This document shows positions 33,706 to 43,421 of a stretch of 55,272 nt of DNA, piece by piece. The notes beneath the pieces are model-generated. The model saw only the letters and a list, made by a program, of their open reading frames with translations. It was not told the origin of the DNA and searched no databases. A program made the position numbers and the translations under genes. This stretch comes from a virus (taxonomy: Duplodnaviria > Caudoviricetes): the IMG/VR virus record IMGVR_UViG_3300031355_000070, positions 1 to 55,272 of that record; one strand, written 5' to 3'. Every line of letters begins with the position of its first letter. The first letter of the stretch is position 1.

Positions 33706-34821
33706 ATGAAAGATACGAAGGATTTGCTCAAAAAGAAAAGAATTGAGAAGTATAATCTGATTTCCCTGCCGACTATTGACCTGCCACCCGAAGAAGCCGA
33801 TAAGTTTATCGACTGTATTGTTGACGAATCGGTAATGAAGAACTATGCCAGAATTGAGAAGATGTCAAAGCCTACAAAGCGCATTCGTCATTTGGGTTTC
33901 GGCGATGGCCATTTCCTATATCCGGCTGATGCTTTCGATGAGAGCGACTACAAAAAACAGTGGACTCACAATCTCATAACCATCACCGCTCAGGAATTCA
34001 GAGGATGCGTACCCGTATATGATAGCGATCTTGAAGAAGGGCTGGAGGGTGCTGCATATAAGACCCATCTCATGTCGATAATTGCCAGGAAAACAGCTAA
34101 TGAATTGGAATACGCAAGCTATATGGCTGACACACATGGCACTAATGCCTGGTGTCCTAGTAATATAGAAAGCAAGTTTGATGGCTGGCGTTATATCATA
34201 AACAATAGCCAGGTTGGAGATCAGTATTACAACTCGGTTTGCGGAGCGGCACACATCAAGAGTGCATGTTTATGCGAAAGCGGAGCGGCCTGCGAGAGCG
34301 GTAATGAAGCTGCAGGTGCTCATTTCGAGATGGCTGGAAAGATTGCAGAACAGGCTACTGTCGCACCGTTTAATTTGGAGATCAAATACGGGATGATGCT
34401 GAAGAATATGCCCTCGAAGTATAAGGCTGGCGGATTGAAGGATATGGCATTTCTAAATTCTGATCTTGTTACGCAGGACTACCTGATGGCACTTGAGCGC
34501 AGAGGCACACCGCTCGGAGATGCGGTAATCACAGACGACGGCTTTAACCGCTATCATAAAGTTCCCATTGTTGATGTTCCACTTATGCCTACCAATCTTG
34601 GGGGTTTTCCAGATTATGGAACGCTTGGCGGAGAATATACAGATGCGATATTGACTCCGAAGAATAACCTGATCATCGGAATCCAGAGACAGATCAAGAT
34701 TGAGCCCGAGAGAAGCGCAGCAGATGAATGCACCTATTACTATTATTCTATGAAAGTTGGAGTGGCAATTGAGAACGTAAATGCGATAGTGTTCGTGAAG
34801 TGCCTGGAGCACAAATGTTAG
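33706..34821 (+). CDS. Major capsid protein (P2/XkdG-like)
   Basis: LPPEEADKFID...ERRGTPLGD...ILTPKNNLIIGIQRQIKIE; position and size. Confidence 0.85.
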   Translation: MKDTKDLLKKKRIEKYNLISLPTIDLPPEEADKFIDCIVDESVMKNYARIEKMSKPTKRIRHLGFGDGHFLYPADAFDESDYKKQWTHNLITITAQEFRGCVPVYDSDLEEGLEGAAYKTHLMSIIARKTANELEYASYMADTHGTNAWCPSNIESKFDGWRYIINNSQVGDQYYNSVCGAAHIKSACLCESGAACESGNEAAGAHFEMAGKIAEQATVAPFNLEIKYGMMLKNMPSKYKAGGLKDMAFLNSDLVTQDYLMALERRGTPLGDAVITDDGFNRYHKVPIVDVPLMPTNLGGFPDYGTLGGEYTDAILTPKNNLIIGIQRQIKIEPERSAADECTYYYYSMKVGVAIENVNAIVFVKCLEHKC

Positions 34822-35123
34822 CAGTAGTCACTAATTTTGGAAGGCCGAGAGTATTTCCCTCATGCCAGGGTAACCTGTGGCTTAACAGGCTTACTCCCAT
34901 AGAAGTAAGAGATCCGAATCTCATTAAGCAGTTGCAGAATTATAGCAAGCGCAGAGACATACAGTTGGAAGTTAAAGTAATCGAAGAGGTTAGAGCAGAT
35001 TATTCAAAATTCAAAATACAGCAATTGCGTTCTATGGCTTCGGCAAAGGGAATCTCTGGGGTTTTCAAATTGACGAAGAAAATATTGATTGAAAAATTGG
35101 AGGAAAAAAATGGAATATCCTAA
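34815..35123 (+). CDS. Head-associated protein with a C-terminal Rho-N/HeH-like domain
   Basis: YSKFKIQQLRSMASAKGISGVFKLTKKILIEKL. Confidence 0.6.
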   Translation: MLAVVTNFGRPRVFPSCQGNLWLNRLTPIEVRDPNLIKQLQNYSKRRDIQLEVKVIEEVRADYSKFKIQQLRSMASAKGISGVFKLTKKILIEKLEEKNGIS

Positions 35124-35907
35124 AGTTTTAGATAATGATGATGCCCACCAACCTGAACTGATCTGGCGTGATTTTGCGATGCATAATTTGCATATTCAGC
35201 ACGATAAGCTTCAATGGCTTAAAGATATCGTTGATATCATGGACGCTCATAGATTCGAGGATGACTTCTGTAATACCCCCTGCCTTGTCACCGAAGATGG
35301 CTGTGGAACTTGGGAAATTAATGAAATGCCCAGAACGTCAGGATTAATAGCTCCTGTCTGTAACGATATGGTTAATGGCGTGTTGGTATTGACCACAGGC
35401 GGCGATGCCGATGATTATGGAGAGCTAGTTCAAGCCTGTGAATGCTGGAAGCTATCTAATTGTTATCCGCTATATGCAGAGATTCGATTCAAGCTTAGCG
35501 ATGCCATAAACTCTGCCTCTTGGTTTGGGCTTGTGACAGGAGAATCTTATTTTGTTGCCCCTAATGATTATGTTGTTTTCCTTAATGACGATGGGAACGC
35601 TAATCTGGGTTTTGCAAATGAAATTACTGGAGGAGCACCTACAGCAACAGATACGGGAGTAGACTTGGTGGCACTTGATTGGTACAGACTCGGATTTCAC
35701 TGGGATGGAGCTGGGACTTTACATTGGTTTGTGATTGAAGATGGCGATTATCCTCAGACTGTACTTGCCACAGGCGTACACACTACTAATATTCCTACAA
35801 CAGAACTTCAGCTTGGCTTTGGTATTCAACAGGGAGCAGCGGCTAAGGGAGCAGTATCGATGTATATCGATTACGTGAAATGTGCACAGAAGCGGGTGAT
35901 TGGATGA
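35110..35907 (+). CDS. Capsid decoration-like beta-sandwich protein
   Basis: FEDDF...NGVLVLTTG...WYRLGF...MYIDYVKCAQKR. Confidence 0.55.
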   Translation: MEYPKVLDNDDAHQPELIWRDFAMHNLHIQHDKLQWLKDIVDIMDAHRFEDDFCNTPCLVTEDGCGTWEINEMPRTSGLIAPVCNDMVNGVLVLTTGGDADDYGELVQACECWKLSNCYPLYAEIRFKLSDAINSASWFGLVTGESYFVAPNDYVVFLNDDGNANLGFANEITGGAPTATDTGVDLVALDWYRLGFHWDGAGTLHWFVIEDGDYPQTVLATGVHTTNIPTTELQLGFGIQQGAAAKGAVSMYIDYVKCAQKRVIG

Positions 35908-35958
35908 GAAGATATGCGATTCCTATAATAGCTCATTGTTCATCTGGATGTTAATTAA

Positions 35959-35988
35959 GGGGCTGTAGACTTCACGGTTTGCAGCCCC
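35959..35988 (+). terminator. Hairpin (terminator or processing site) after the head genes
   Basis: GGGGCTGTAGAC/GTTTGCAGCCCC 12-bp stem; weak U-tract. Confidence 0.5.
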
Positions 35989-36022
35989 ATTCTATAACCT
36001 ATCTTTTCATAAGGAGTCCCTC

Positions 36023-36679
36023 ATGCCTGAATCAGGAGAATACTGTGGAGACTATATTTGCTCTTCAGATATCGATAATTGGGCTAGCGGATCTGATTAC
36101 GATGATTGGAAAGCCATAATCGATAAGGTCGAGCAGCTGATTGACAAGGTTTGCCATACCCATTTCGGAGGGGAAGAATTCGATATCAAGATTAATGGCA
36201 ACGACAAGAACAGGCTTTTCCTTCCACTCAAGTCAGACATTATCACAGTAACTCATGTATATGTTTCTTGCATTGAGATGCCTGATTCCTGGTATACATG
36301 GGATAAGAATTCCATATTCCTTGACCCTTGCACTTCCGGCTCTGGTGGCGCTTTCGATCCGGAACTGATGTATAGACTGGCTTCTGTCTATGAGGCTGGT
36401 ATATTTCCCAGAGGCTATAACAACATCTGGATTCAGGGAACTTACGGCGATGAGGGCGATGTGCCGGAGGCAATAAAGCAGGCTGCCATAATCTTGGCCG
36501 AGTGGGAGAACGATCCGTCGCTTTATTCTAATATCTCTTACAAGAAATCCGAGAAAATAGGAGACTATGCTTATACGAACCTTGCCGGCTCACAGGATGA
36601 GATTCTAACTGGCATCTTGGAGGCTGATCAGTTCCTGCGCCTGTACATCAAGAAGAAGCCCATAATAATGGCACCATGA
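36023..36679 (+). CDS. Head-tail adaptor
   Basis: EQLIDKVCHTHF...FPRGYNNI..GTYG..VPEAIKQAAIILA...SEKIGDYAYT. Confidence 0.8.
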   Translation: MPESGEYCGDYICSSDIDNWASGSDYDDWKAIIDKVEQLIDKVCHTHFGGEEFDIKINGNDKNRLFLPLKSDIITVTHVYVSCIEMPDSWYTWDKNSIFLDPCTSGSGGAFDPELMYRLASVYEAGIFPRGYNNIWIQGTYGDEGDVPEAIKQAAIILAEWENDPSLYSNISYKKSEKIGDYAYTNLAGSQDEILTGILEADQFLRLYIKKKPIIMAP

Positions 36680-36680
36680 T

Positions 36681-37409
36681 ATGGTTATTAATGAGAAAAG
36701 GCATCCATTCCATCCGGAAAAATACGTATTCAAGGCTGAAAAACTAAGCAATCGCTATCTGATAGAAATATTGCCCGATAACAGTTGGAAGGACAAGGAT
36801 TGCTATATCATAGGTGGCGGTCCGAGTCTTGAGGATTTCGACTGGTCTTTGCTCCGGGGCAAGCGTACGATAGGCATAAACAGGGTATTCGAGAAGTTCG
36901 ACCCAACCATCATCTTCTCAATGGACACCAGATATCTAAACTGGATTCTGATAAACCAATACGGTGTTGATGCCCGTTCAAAATTCCAAAAGTCAAAAGC
37001 TTATAAGGTCTGGCTTTGTACGTATAACTGCAAACTGCCAGAAGATATCTTTATCATTCCAGTCTATATGAACTACTCAAAAGGCTTCAAGGCCTTTCCC
37101 ATAACAATGAAAGACGGCATAGGTCATGGCAATAATTCCGGCTACGGGGCTCTGAACCTAGCTGCATGCTTAGGGGTCAAGCAAATCTATCTTCTAGGCT
37201 TCGATATGAGGTGCAATGGCAAAAAGACACACTGGCATAATGGACATAAAAGCCCGATGAAATCGAGCGTGCTAGAAAACTATAAGAAATATTTCAACCA
37301 TGCTGCGAACGAAATCAAAAATAAAACAAAGATTAAGGTGATTAATCTGAATCCTGATTCGGCATTGGATTGTTTTCCTAAAAAAGATTATCATGAGGTG
37401 TTGCAATGA
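36681..37409 (+). CDS. Maf/DUF115/CST-like sugar transferase
   Basis: IIGGGPSL...IGIN...NSGYGALNLA..LG.KQIYLLGFDM. Confidence 0.7.
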   Translation: MVINEKRHPFHPEKYVFKAEKLSNRYLIEILPDNSWKDKDCYIIGGGPSLEDFDWSLLRGKRTIGINRVFEKFDPTIIFSMDTRYLNWILINQYGVDARSKFQKSKAYKVWLCTYNCKLPEDIFIIPVYMNYSKGFKAFPITMKDGIGHGNNSGYGALNLAACLGVKQIYLLGFDMRCNGKKTHWHNGHKSPMKSSVLENYKKYFNHAANEIKNKTKIKVINLNPDSALDCFPKKDYHEVLQ

Positions 37410-37756
37410 AAAAAGGGAAAATATGGGGAACTACCGAGCTATTGTTCTGCAACAAGACTGTTGCTATACATTTTCTTAATATCAAGAAAGGTGGCTATTG
37501 CTCGAAACATATGCATAACTGCAAGTCGAACATATTTTATGTCATTTCGGGAAATTTAAAATTAACTGTCTGGACTCATGAAGGCGTGAAAGATGAGACG
37601 GTATTATGGCAGGGGGAGCAAACCGAGATACAGCCTGGGGTGTTACATCAATTCAAAGCATTGACAGATGTGATGTGTCTTGAGATGTATGAGGTTAAAT
37701 TTCACGACGAAGACATTGAACGAGAATCAATCGGTGGCATGGATAAGGCAAAATGA
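37406..37756 (+). CDS. Cupin (sugar isomerase-like)
   Basis: KIWG...CSKHMH..K...FYVISG...IQPGVLHQF. Confidence 0.75.
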   Translation: MKKGKIWGTTELLFCNKTVAIHFLNIKKGGYCSKHMHNCKSNIFYVISGNLKLTVWTHEGVKDETVLWQGEQTEIQPGVLHQFKALTDVMCLEMYEVKFHDEDIERESIGGMDKAK

Positions 37757-38637
37757 AAATTTGCATCTACAGCAAGACACCTTTGGCTGCATCTCCGTGG
37801 GAACTGTACAAGGCGTTGAAAAAGTACACGAATCACGAAGTAGCATATATTAATGAAAGAAACAGATATAATGATGGCCGGATATTCCCTTTTCACTTGC
37901 TCTGGAATTCAAATAATGGCACAGCTAGCAAAGCGTTGGATGAAAGTAATCTCTGGCATGTGCATAATTATTTGAGTCCAGTATTGACCCAGCATAAGAA
38001 TTCGCAGAAAGTGCTTGCCCAGTTCCATTCTCTGCCGCGGCTTGGGAACTGGAGGGAGCTGATGTCATTTGCGGATGCTAAATATACCATTGACCAACCA
38101 TTGCAGCTAAAGGAATATAATCTCAAAGGCCTGCCAAACATAATTGATCCAGATGAATATAGACCTATAAAGAGGCAATCAAAAGTGAGGATAGCTTTCG
38201 CACCGACTACCAGGGCTTCGGCTGGCAGCATAATAAGCAAGGGCTATTATGAAGTGAAGGGAAGATTGGATTTAGTCGCATCAAAAAGAGATGTTGATAT
38301 TGAATGGATCGAGAGGTTACCATATGAGGAAAATTTGAAGCGGAAGCAAAGGTCTGATATACTTATCGACGATGTTGTCACTGGCAATTGGCACAGGACA
38401 AGCCTTGAAGGACTGTGTTTCGGTTGCATTGTGCTTAATCGGAATGAAAGCATGCCGTTTGTTTATGCTGATTTGGATTCACTTGAGGCCACGCTGATAA
38501 ATTTAGTTGATAACGTAGCGAACATAAGATGCCTACAGGAATATTCTCGACTTTGGATTCTGCAAAATTGGCATCCAATTGAAAGATTAAAACCTTACAT
38601 ATCTGCATATAAGGAATTATTAGATGAAAAAAATTGA
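37753..38637 (+). CDS. GT-B fold glycosyltransferase-like protein
   Basis: LPNIID...AFAPT...SKGY...DILIDD...SLEGLCFG. Confidence 0.7.
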   Translation: MKICIYSKTPLAASPWELYKALKKYTNHEVAYINERNRYNDGRIFPFHLLWNSNNGTASKALDESNLWHVHNYLSPVLTQHKNSQKVLAQFHSLPRLGNWRELMSFADAKYTIDQPLQLKEYNLKGLPNIIDPDEYRPIKRQSKVRIAFAPTTRASAGSIISKGYYEVKGRLDLVASKRDVDIEWIERLPYEENLKRKQRSDILIDDVVTGNWHRTSLEGLCFGCIVLNRNESMPFVYADLDSLEATLINLVDNVANIRCLQEYSRLWILQNWHPIERLKPYISAYKELLDEKN

Positions 38638-39292
38638 TCTGATAATCCCGACTAGAAATCGTTGGGATAAATTACAGCGATGCTTGAAGTCTATCCCAAA
38701 GCAAATCCCAGGACTTATCCTTAATGTTATTGTTGTATGCGACGGAGACAAAGAAACGGCACGCAAACTCTTGACTTCAAATAATGGTTTAGTAGACCGG
38801 GTAATTTTCGTACGCGATCACAGTGGCTCAGTTTACTGTCGTAATCTTGTGACCCAAACCGTAGAAGACGCACTGCTTTATGCGGTTGATGATATAGAAT
38901 TCTTGCCAAATTCGATTTCGATTGCCGCGGAGAAGATGCGGAAGATTTTTCCAGATGAAGATGGGGTTGTGGGCTTTAAAATAGCAAATGGTCATTCACA
39001 AAGCAAGGCTGGAGTAGCCATTGTCGGTCAGAAATTTTTGTGCCGTTACCCTCAGAAAAAACTTTTCTATCCTAAATATTTCCATTTCTCATGCCAGGAA
39101 ATCGAGTGCCTAGCCGTAAAGCTAGGGAAATTGCATTTTGAAACAAAAGCTGGGATAAATCATTATCATCCGGGTTTCTATAAATCAGAAAGTGATAATA
39201 CTCACGCAGAGGCCAGGATATTCAGAAGGAAAGACCAAAAGATGTCGTTAGAACGTAAAGCAAAGGGATTGATTTGGGGCGATAATGAATAA
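38624..39292 (+). CDS. GT2 family glycosyltransferase
   Basis: LIIPTRNR..KLQRCLKSI...VVCDG...AVDDIEF. Confidence 0.85.
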   Translation: MKKIDLIIPTRNRWDKLQRCLKSIPKQIPGLILNVIVVCDGDKETARKLLTSNNGLVDRVIFVRDHSGSVYCRNLVTQTVEDALLYAVDDIEFLPNSISIAAEKMRKIFPDEDGVVGFKIANGHSQSKAGVAIVGQKFLCRYPQKKLFYPKYFHFSCQEIECLAVKLGKLHFETKAGINHYHPGFYKSESDNTHAEARIFRRKDQKMSLERKAKGLIWGDNE

Positions 39293-40031
39293 ATGTGATT
39301 ATTATGTGCAGGTATTGTTTAATGTGAAAATGCCTCATCTCGGTAACAATACCAATCCTGATTGGCTTGATTATAGGCTAGAGCTTTTCCAGCGATATAC
39401 ACTCAGATCCTTGCTTAATCAGACTGACAATAATTTTCGTGTCTGGATGACTTGTTTGGAAGAATCGGAAAGTATTCTTACTCCGAAAGTTAAGGCCATG
39501 AAAGCAAAGCATCCGGAAATGGATATTGTTGACTTTGTGTTTGATGAGAATAAAAAGATTTCATATCTTGAGAATAATAACAAATCGCTATATTTCCTGA
39601 AGATTGATTCGGATGATCTATATCATAGAGATGTTGTGAGGAAAACTAAAGAGATATTAAGTCCCATGCACGACATCCCAATGCTCATGTTCTGCAATGG
39701 CTATATATATGATATTCGTACAGGGAAAATGTCAACATTTGTTAGGTGGTCAATACCGAATATTGCCATAAAATACAGTCCTGGAACTTTCAATAAAAAG
39801 AGCTTTTATGATCGTTGCAGATGTGATTTGACGAAAGTAAGGAATCGATTTAATCCAATAATAATCAAAGACAGAATGGTTTGCTGTCTGGACCACAAGA
39901 TGAATCTTCATATTGATCCGAGAAGGAAAGGGATTGAAATTGGCAAGAGAACAGGTCAGGGTTATTCTATACCACAGGATAAAACACCAGGAATACTCGA
40001 AGAATTCGGCATCCAGAGAGTAGCAACATGA
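39285..40031 (+). CDS. Putative rhamnosyltransferase-like GT-A protein
   Basis: WLDYRLELFQRYTLRSLLNQTD.NF...KIDSDD. Confidence 0.75.
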   Translation: MNKCDYYVQVLFNVKMPHLGNNTNPDWLDYRLELFQRYTLRSLLNQTDNNFRVWMTCLEESESILTPKVKAMKAKHPEMDIVDFVFDENKKISYLENNNKSLYFLKIDSDDLYHRDVVRKTKEILSPMHDIPMLMFCNGYIYDIRTGKMSTFVRWSIPNIAIKYSPGTFNKKSFYDRCRCDLTKVRNRFNPIIIKDRMVCCLDHKMNLHIDPRRKGIEIGKRTGQGYSIPQDKTPGILEEFGIQRVAT

Positions 40032-40684
40032 ATATTAGCGTAGTGGTCTTGACACACAGACGGTACAGAGGTTTGGATACTATCTTGAAGGCCTGGCTTT
40101 CTGAAACGCCTGACGTCTGGCTTTGCGACTGTGGCCCTGGCTATAAGACCTCGCTACCAGTGAATACAGTATATATCATCCCTGACTGTGGAAGCAAAGC
40201 ACGCCATGCAGCTGCACTTCTCACTTCGGGGGATTTTGTTATCAAGGCCGATGATGATGTCATGCCGTTGCCAGGATTTGTCAATGATCTCCATAATGGA
40301 TGGGTCAAATCTGGCTCCAAAGGAATATGCGGAGTGATAGGCAGGCGCTTCAATGGGGAAAGTTATTATAAGAATACCGCATTCTGTGCATCGAATAAAG
40401 TTAATCAAATCCAGAAAGTTGATTTTGTAGGAGTTGTCACATTCTCGCCAAGAGAATATCTGGCGTTCGATTTGAAAGGCTGTCAGACCCCGATTGAGGA
40501 CTTGTATTGGCAAATGAAGGTTTTCCCGGGCGTTCCGAAATATGTAGTCCCAACCAAGAGATACAAAAATCTTGAATCATCAAGCGATAGCGGCTGTCTT
40601 TTCCATAACGAGAAGGCAAGGGAAATAAGAGAAAAATTCTATCGGGAATGGTATATAAAGAACTATAAAAAGAAGGCAGTATGA
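40028..40684 (+). CDS. GT-A glycosyltransferase
   Basis: ISVVVLTHRR...FVIKADDD...IED. Confidence 0.7.
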   Translation: MNISVVVLTHRRYRGLDTILKAWLSETPDVWLCDCGPGYKTSLPVNTVYIIPDCGSKARHAAALLTSGDFVIKADDDVMPLPGFVNDLHNGWVKSGSKGICGVIGRRFNGESYYKNTAFCASNKVNQIQKVDFVGVVTFSPREYLAFDLKGCQTPIEDLYWQMKVFPGVPKYVVPTKRYKNLESSSDSGCLFHNEKAREIREKFYREWYIKNYKKKAV

Positions 40685-41592
40685 AAGTTTTTCTTGTTTT
40701 TCCAATGGCTGATGGTCAGACTGGACCAGCGATAAAGCATGCCTTTGAACAATTAGGCCATGAAATTATTTCTGTTGATGCCAGATTGCAGACAAATAAA
40801 ATATATGAAACTTATCAAGAATTTAAGAGTGATTTAGTTTTCTGTACAAAAACTCCAGAAGTGACTAATCAAATAAGAAACATTAAACAGAAGTTCAATC
40901 CAATTATTTGCATGTGGAATCCAGATGCAAGGAAAAGCATTGATAATTGGGCTTCTTTGTTCCCCCTTATAAAACTAGTTGATTTTCATTTTGTGGTAGA
41001 CATAAACCTTATTGATGATTGGAAAAAATTAAATCCAAATACATTCTGGCTTCCGCAGGGATTGCAGGATGAGATTTATAATAGACCAAAAATCATAACC
41101 AAAATAGATATAAAAAAATATTCTTGTGATGTTTCGTTTTGTGGAGATCGAATTGGATCATATCATAAATTTAGAGATAAATATTTAATTCCTATAGAAA
41201 ATATGAAAATAAATTTCAAACATTGGACTGGAATATATAATGAAGAACATAATAAAATGGTTTCATTATCGAAAATTAATTTGGGTTGTTCTGGCTCCAA
41301 TAATGCAAAAATTCGCACTTCAGTATCCGTAAGGGATTATAAAATTATTGGTGCTGGGGGATTTCTCTTGACTGATTCTGGTGGTGGTTTAGATAAAATA
41401 TTCCCTTGCGAAGGCCACAAAAAAATTTTGGATTATTATAATTCACCAAATGATCTTATAAAGAAAATTAAATTCTGGCTACCGAAAAATGAAGAAAGAA
41501 AAAAAATTGCCGAACGGGGTTATGAATGGATTCATAAAAATGCAACTTACGTTCATAGAATTAAATCAGCATTAGATTATATGGGAATTTAA
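40681..41592 (+). CDS. CgeB-like glycosyltransferase (Glyco_trans_1_2)
   Basis: DVSFCG...SKINLG...SVRDYKIIGAGGFLLT...ERKKIAERGYE...TYVHR. Confidence 0.8.
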   Translation: MKVFLVFPMADGQTGPAIKHAFEQLGHEIISVDARLQTNKIYETYQEFKSDLVFCTKTPEVTNQIRNIKQKFNPIICMWNPDARKSIDNWASLFPLIKLVDFHFVVDINLIDDWKKLNPNTFWLPQGLQDEIYNRPKIITKIDIKKYSCDVSFCGDRIGSYHKFRDKYLIPIENMKINFKHWTGIYNEEHNKMVSLSKINLGCSGSNNAKIRTSVSVRDYKIIGAGGFLLTDSGGGLDKIFPCEGHKKILDYYNSPNDLIKKIKFWLPKNEERKKIAERGYEWIHKNATYVHRIKSALDYMGI

Positions 41593-42309
41593 ATGAGAAT
41601 ATTAATAATTGGAACTGGAAGAGGAGGAACATCTATCACAAAGGAAGTAATCAAAGGATTGGGAATTATAAAATTTTATTATGGTCCACGTCAAATGGAA
41701 GAAGATTGGAATTTCTTCAAAAGAGAAACATTGCCTGAAAATTATGGTACAAAATTGGTTACCCCAAATCCGGGAGTAAATCCAACTCTTTTCACAATTG
41801 AAAATTTAATAAAGCGAATGAAAGAATATCATGATTTATTTTTAATTTTTTCCTTTAGAGAACCTATTGATACATGCATGTCTAAAATAGTTAGAGGGCA
41901 AAAACATTCTGATGGTGGGGATAAGTATTGGGAAAAAATATCTACCGACGGAACAGCCGATGGAGCTATTTTTGCAGTAAGAAAATTGCATGAAATTTAC
42001 AACAAAATTGTGAAATTATTTCCAGAAAGAATATTAGCAGTAAGAATGGAAAAATTAATATTGAATCCCAAAAGAGAAGCAAATAGAATTGCTAAATTTT
42101 TTGGTGCTAAAATAACTAATAAATCATTAGAATTTTATAAATATAATACTAATCCTTACCAAATCAAAAGATATAATGGTAAGCTAGATAAAAACCAAAT
42201 TGGCTTATATAAAAAATGGGAAATATGTTTTAATGGTTATTTCAAAGATAAGAAAGGAATAATTAATAAGTTGAAAAAAGAATTTAAGGATTTAAAATTA
42301 CCATGTTAA
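41593..42309 (+). CDS. Sulfotransferase-like protein
   Basis: GTGRGGTS 5'-PSB-like loop; REPIDTCMS 3'-PB-like motif; VRMEKLILNP. Confidence 0.65.
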   Translation: MRILIIGTGRGGTSITKEVIKGLGIIKFYYGPRQMEEDWNFFKRETLPENYGTKLVTPNPGVNPTLFTIENLIKRMKEYHDLFLIFSFREPIDTCMSKIVRGQKHSDGGDKYWEKISTDGTADGAIFAVRKLHEIYNKIVKLFPERILAVRMEKLILNPKREANRIAKFFGAKITNKSLEFYKYNTNPYQIKRYNGKLDKNQIGLYKKWEICFNGYFKDKKGIINKLKKEFKDLKLPC

Positions 42310-43421
42310 AATGCAATAGATGTCTTATAGATAAAAGTATTCCTGGCGCAGACATTAAAGATGGAATGTGTAGCTATTGTAGAATGCATGATAGATTTGA
42401 AAAACAATATACAATAGATAATATAAAACTACAAAAATTGATTAAAAAAATTAAAAAAACAGGGAAGAGGAGATCATATGATTGCCTTATAGGAATAAGC
42501 GGAGGATGTGATTCTTCATATTTATTATATTTAGCCGTGAAGAAATTCAATCTGCATCCACTTGTTGTTCATTTCGATAATCGATTGAATACGAAATGTG
42601 CAGAGAATAACATGAGGAATCTTGTGGATTTTTTAAATGTGGATTTTATTAGATACCAGTTACCGAAAAAAACATATAATGAATTGAATAGAGCATTCTT
42701 TGAATCCTCCGTAAGCGATGCTGATATACCCAATGATATGGCAATGTTAGCAATATTTAAAAAGGTAGCAAGACAATTTGGGATTAAGTTTATTTTTAAT
42801 GGTCATTCATTTAGAACTGAAGGAAGCAACCCCCTATCATGGACTTATATGGATGCAAAATATATTCAGAGTGTTTATCGTTCATTCTGGAATAAACCAC
42901 TTGTAGGCTTCCCGTTACTTACTGTTTTAGAACAATTAAAAGCGGGTTTTTTGGGAATTAAGGAAATCAGATTATTAAACTATATAGATTATAGAAAAGA
43001 CGATGCGAAGAAAGTTTTAAGAGAAAATGTAGATTGGGAAGATTATGGTGGTCATCATTTAGAAAATAAATATACAGCATTCATATCATCCTATTTTCTT
43101 CCTAAAAAATTTGGTATCGACAAAAGAATTATCGAATATTCAGCCCTTGTCCGTTCAGGACAATTAACAAGGGAAAAAGCAGAAAAAATGCTAAAAAAAG
43201 AACCAAACTTGCCGAATAATATATTAAAGGAAATTAAACAAAAATATTCTAATTTTGATAATATAATGAAATCAAAATCGAAAAAATCATTTCAAGATTT
43301 TGAGACATATCATAAGCTTTTTAAAAGGTATAAATTTCTAATTTGGATTGGCTCTAAACTTCAATTGTTACCAAAAACATTTTATATCAAGTATGCAAAA
43401 AAGAATAGTAATGAAAAATAA
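42303..43421 (+). CDS. N-acetyl sugar amidotransferase (WbpG-like)
   Basis: N-terminal CxxC...CxxC; YDCLIGISGGCDSS PP-loop; YGGHHLE; KFGIDKR. Confidence 0.85.
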   Translation: MLKCNRCLIDKSIPGADIKDGMCSYCRMHDRFEKQYTIDNIKLQKLIKKIKKTGKRRSYDCLIGISGGCDSSYLLYLAVKKFNLHPLVVHFDNRLNTKCAENNMRNLVDFLNVDFIRYQLPKKTYNELNRAFFESSVSDADIPNDMAMLAIFKKVARQFGIKFIFNGHSFRTEGSNPLSWTYMDAKYIQSVYRSFWNKPLVGFPLLTVLEQLKAGFLGIKEIRLLNYIDYRKDDAKKVLRENVDWEDYGGHHLENKYTAFISSYFLPKKFGIDKRIIEYSALVRSGQLTREKAEKMLKKEPNLPNNILKEIKQKYSNFDNIMKSKSKKSFQDFETYHKLFKRYKFLIWIGSKLQLLPKTFYIKYAKKNSNEK

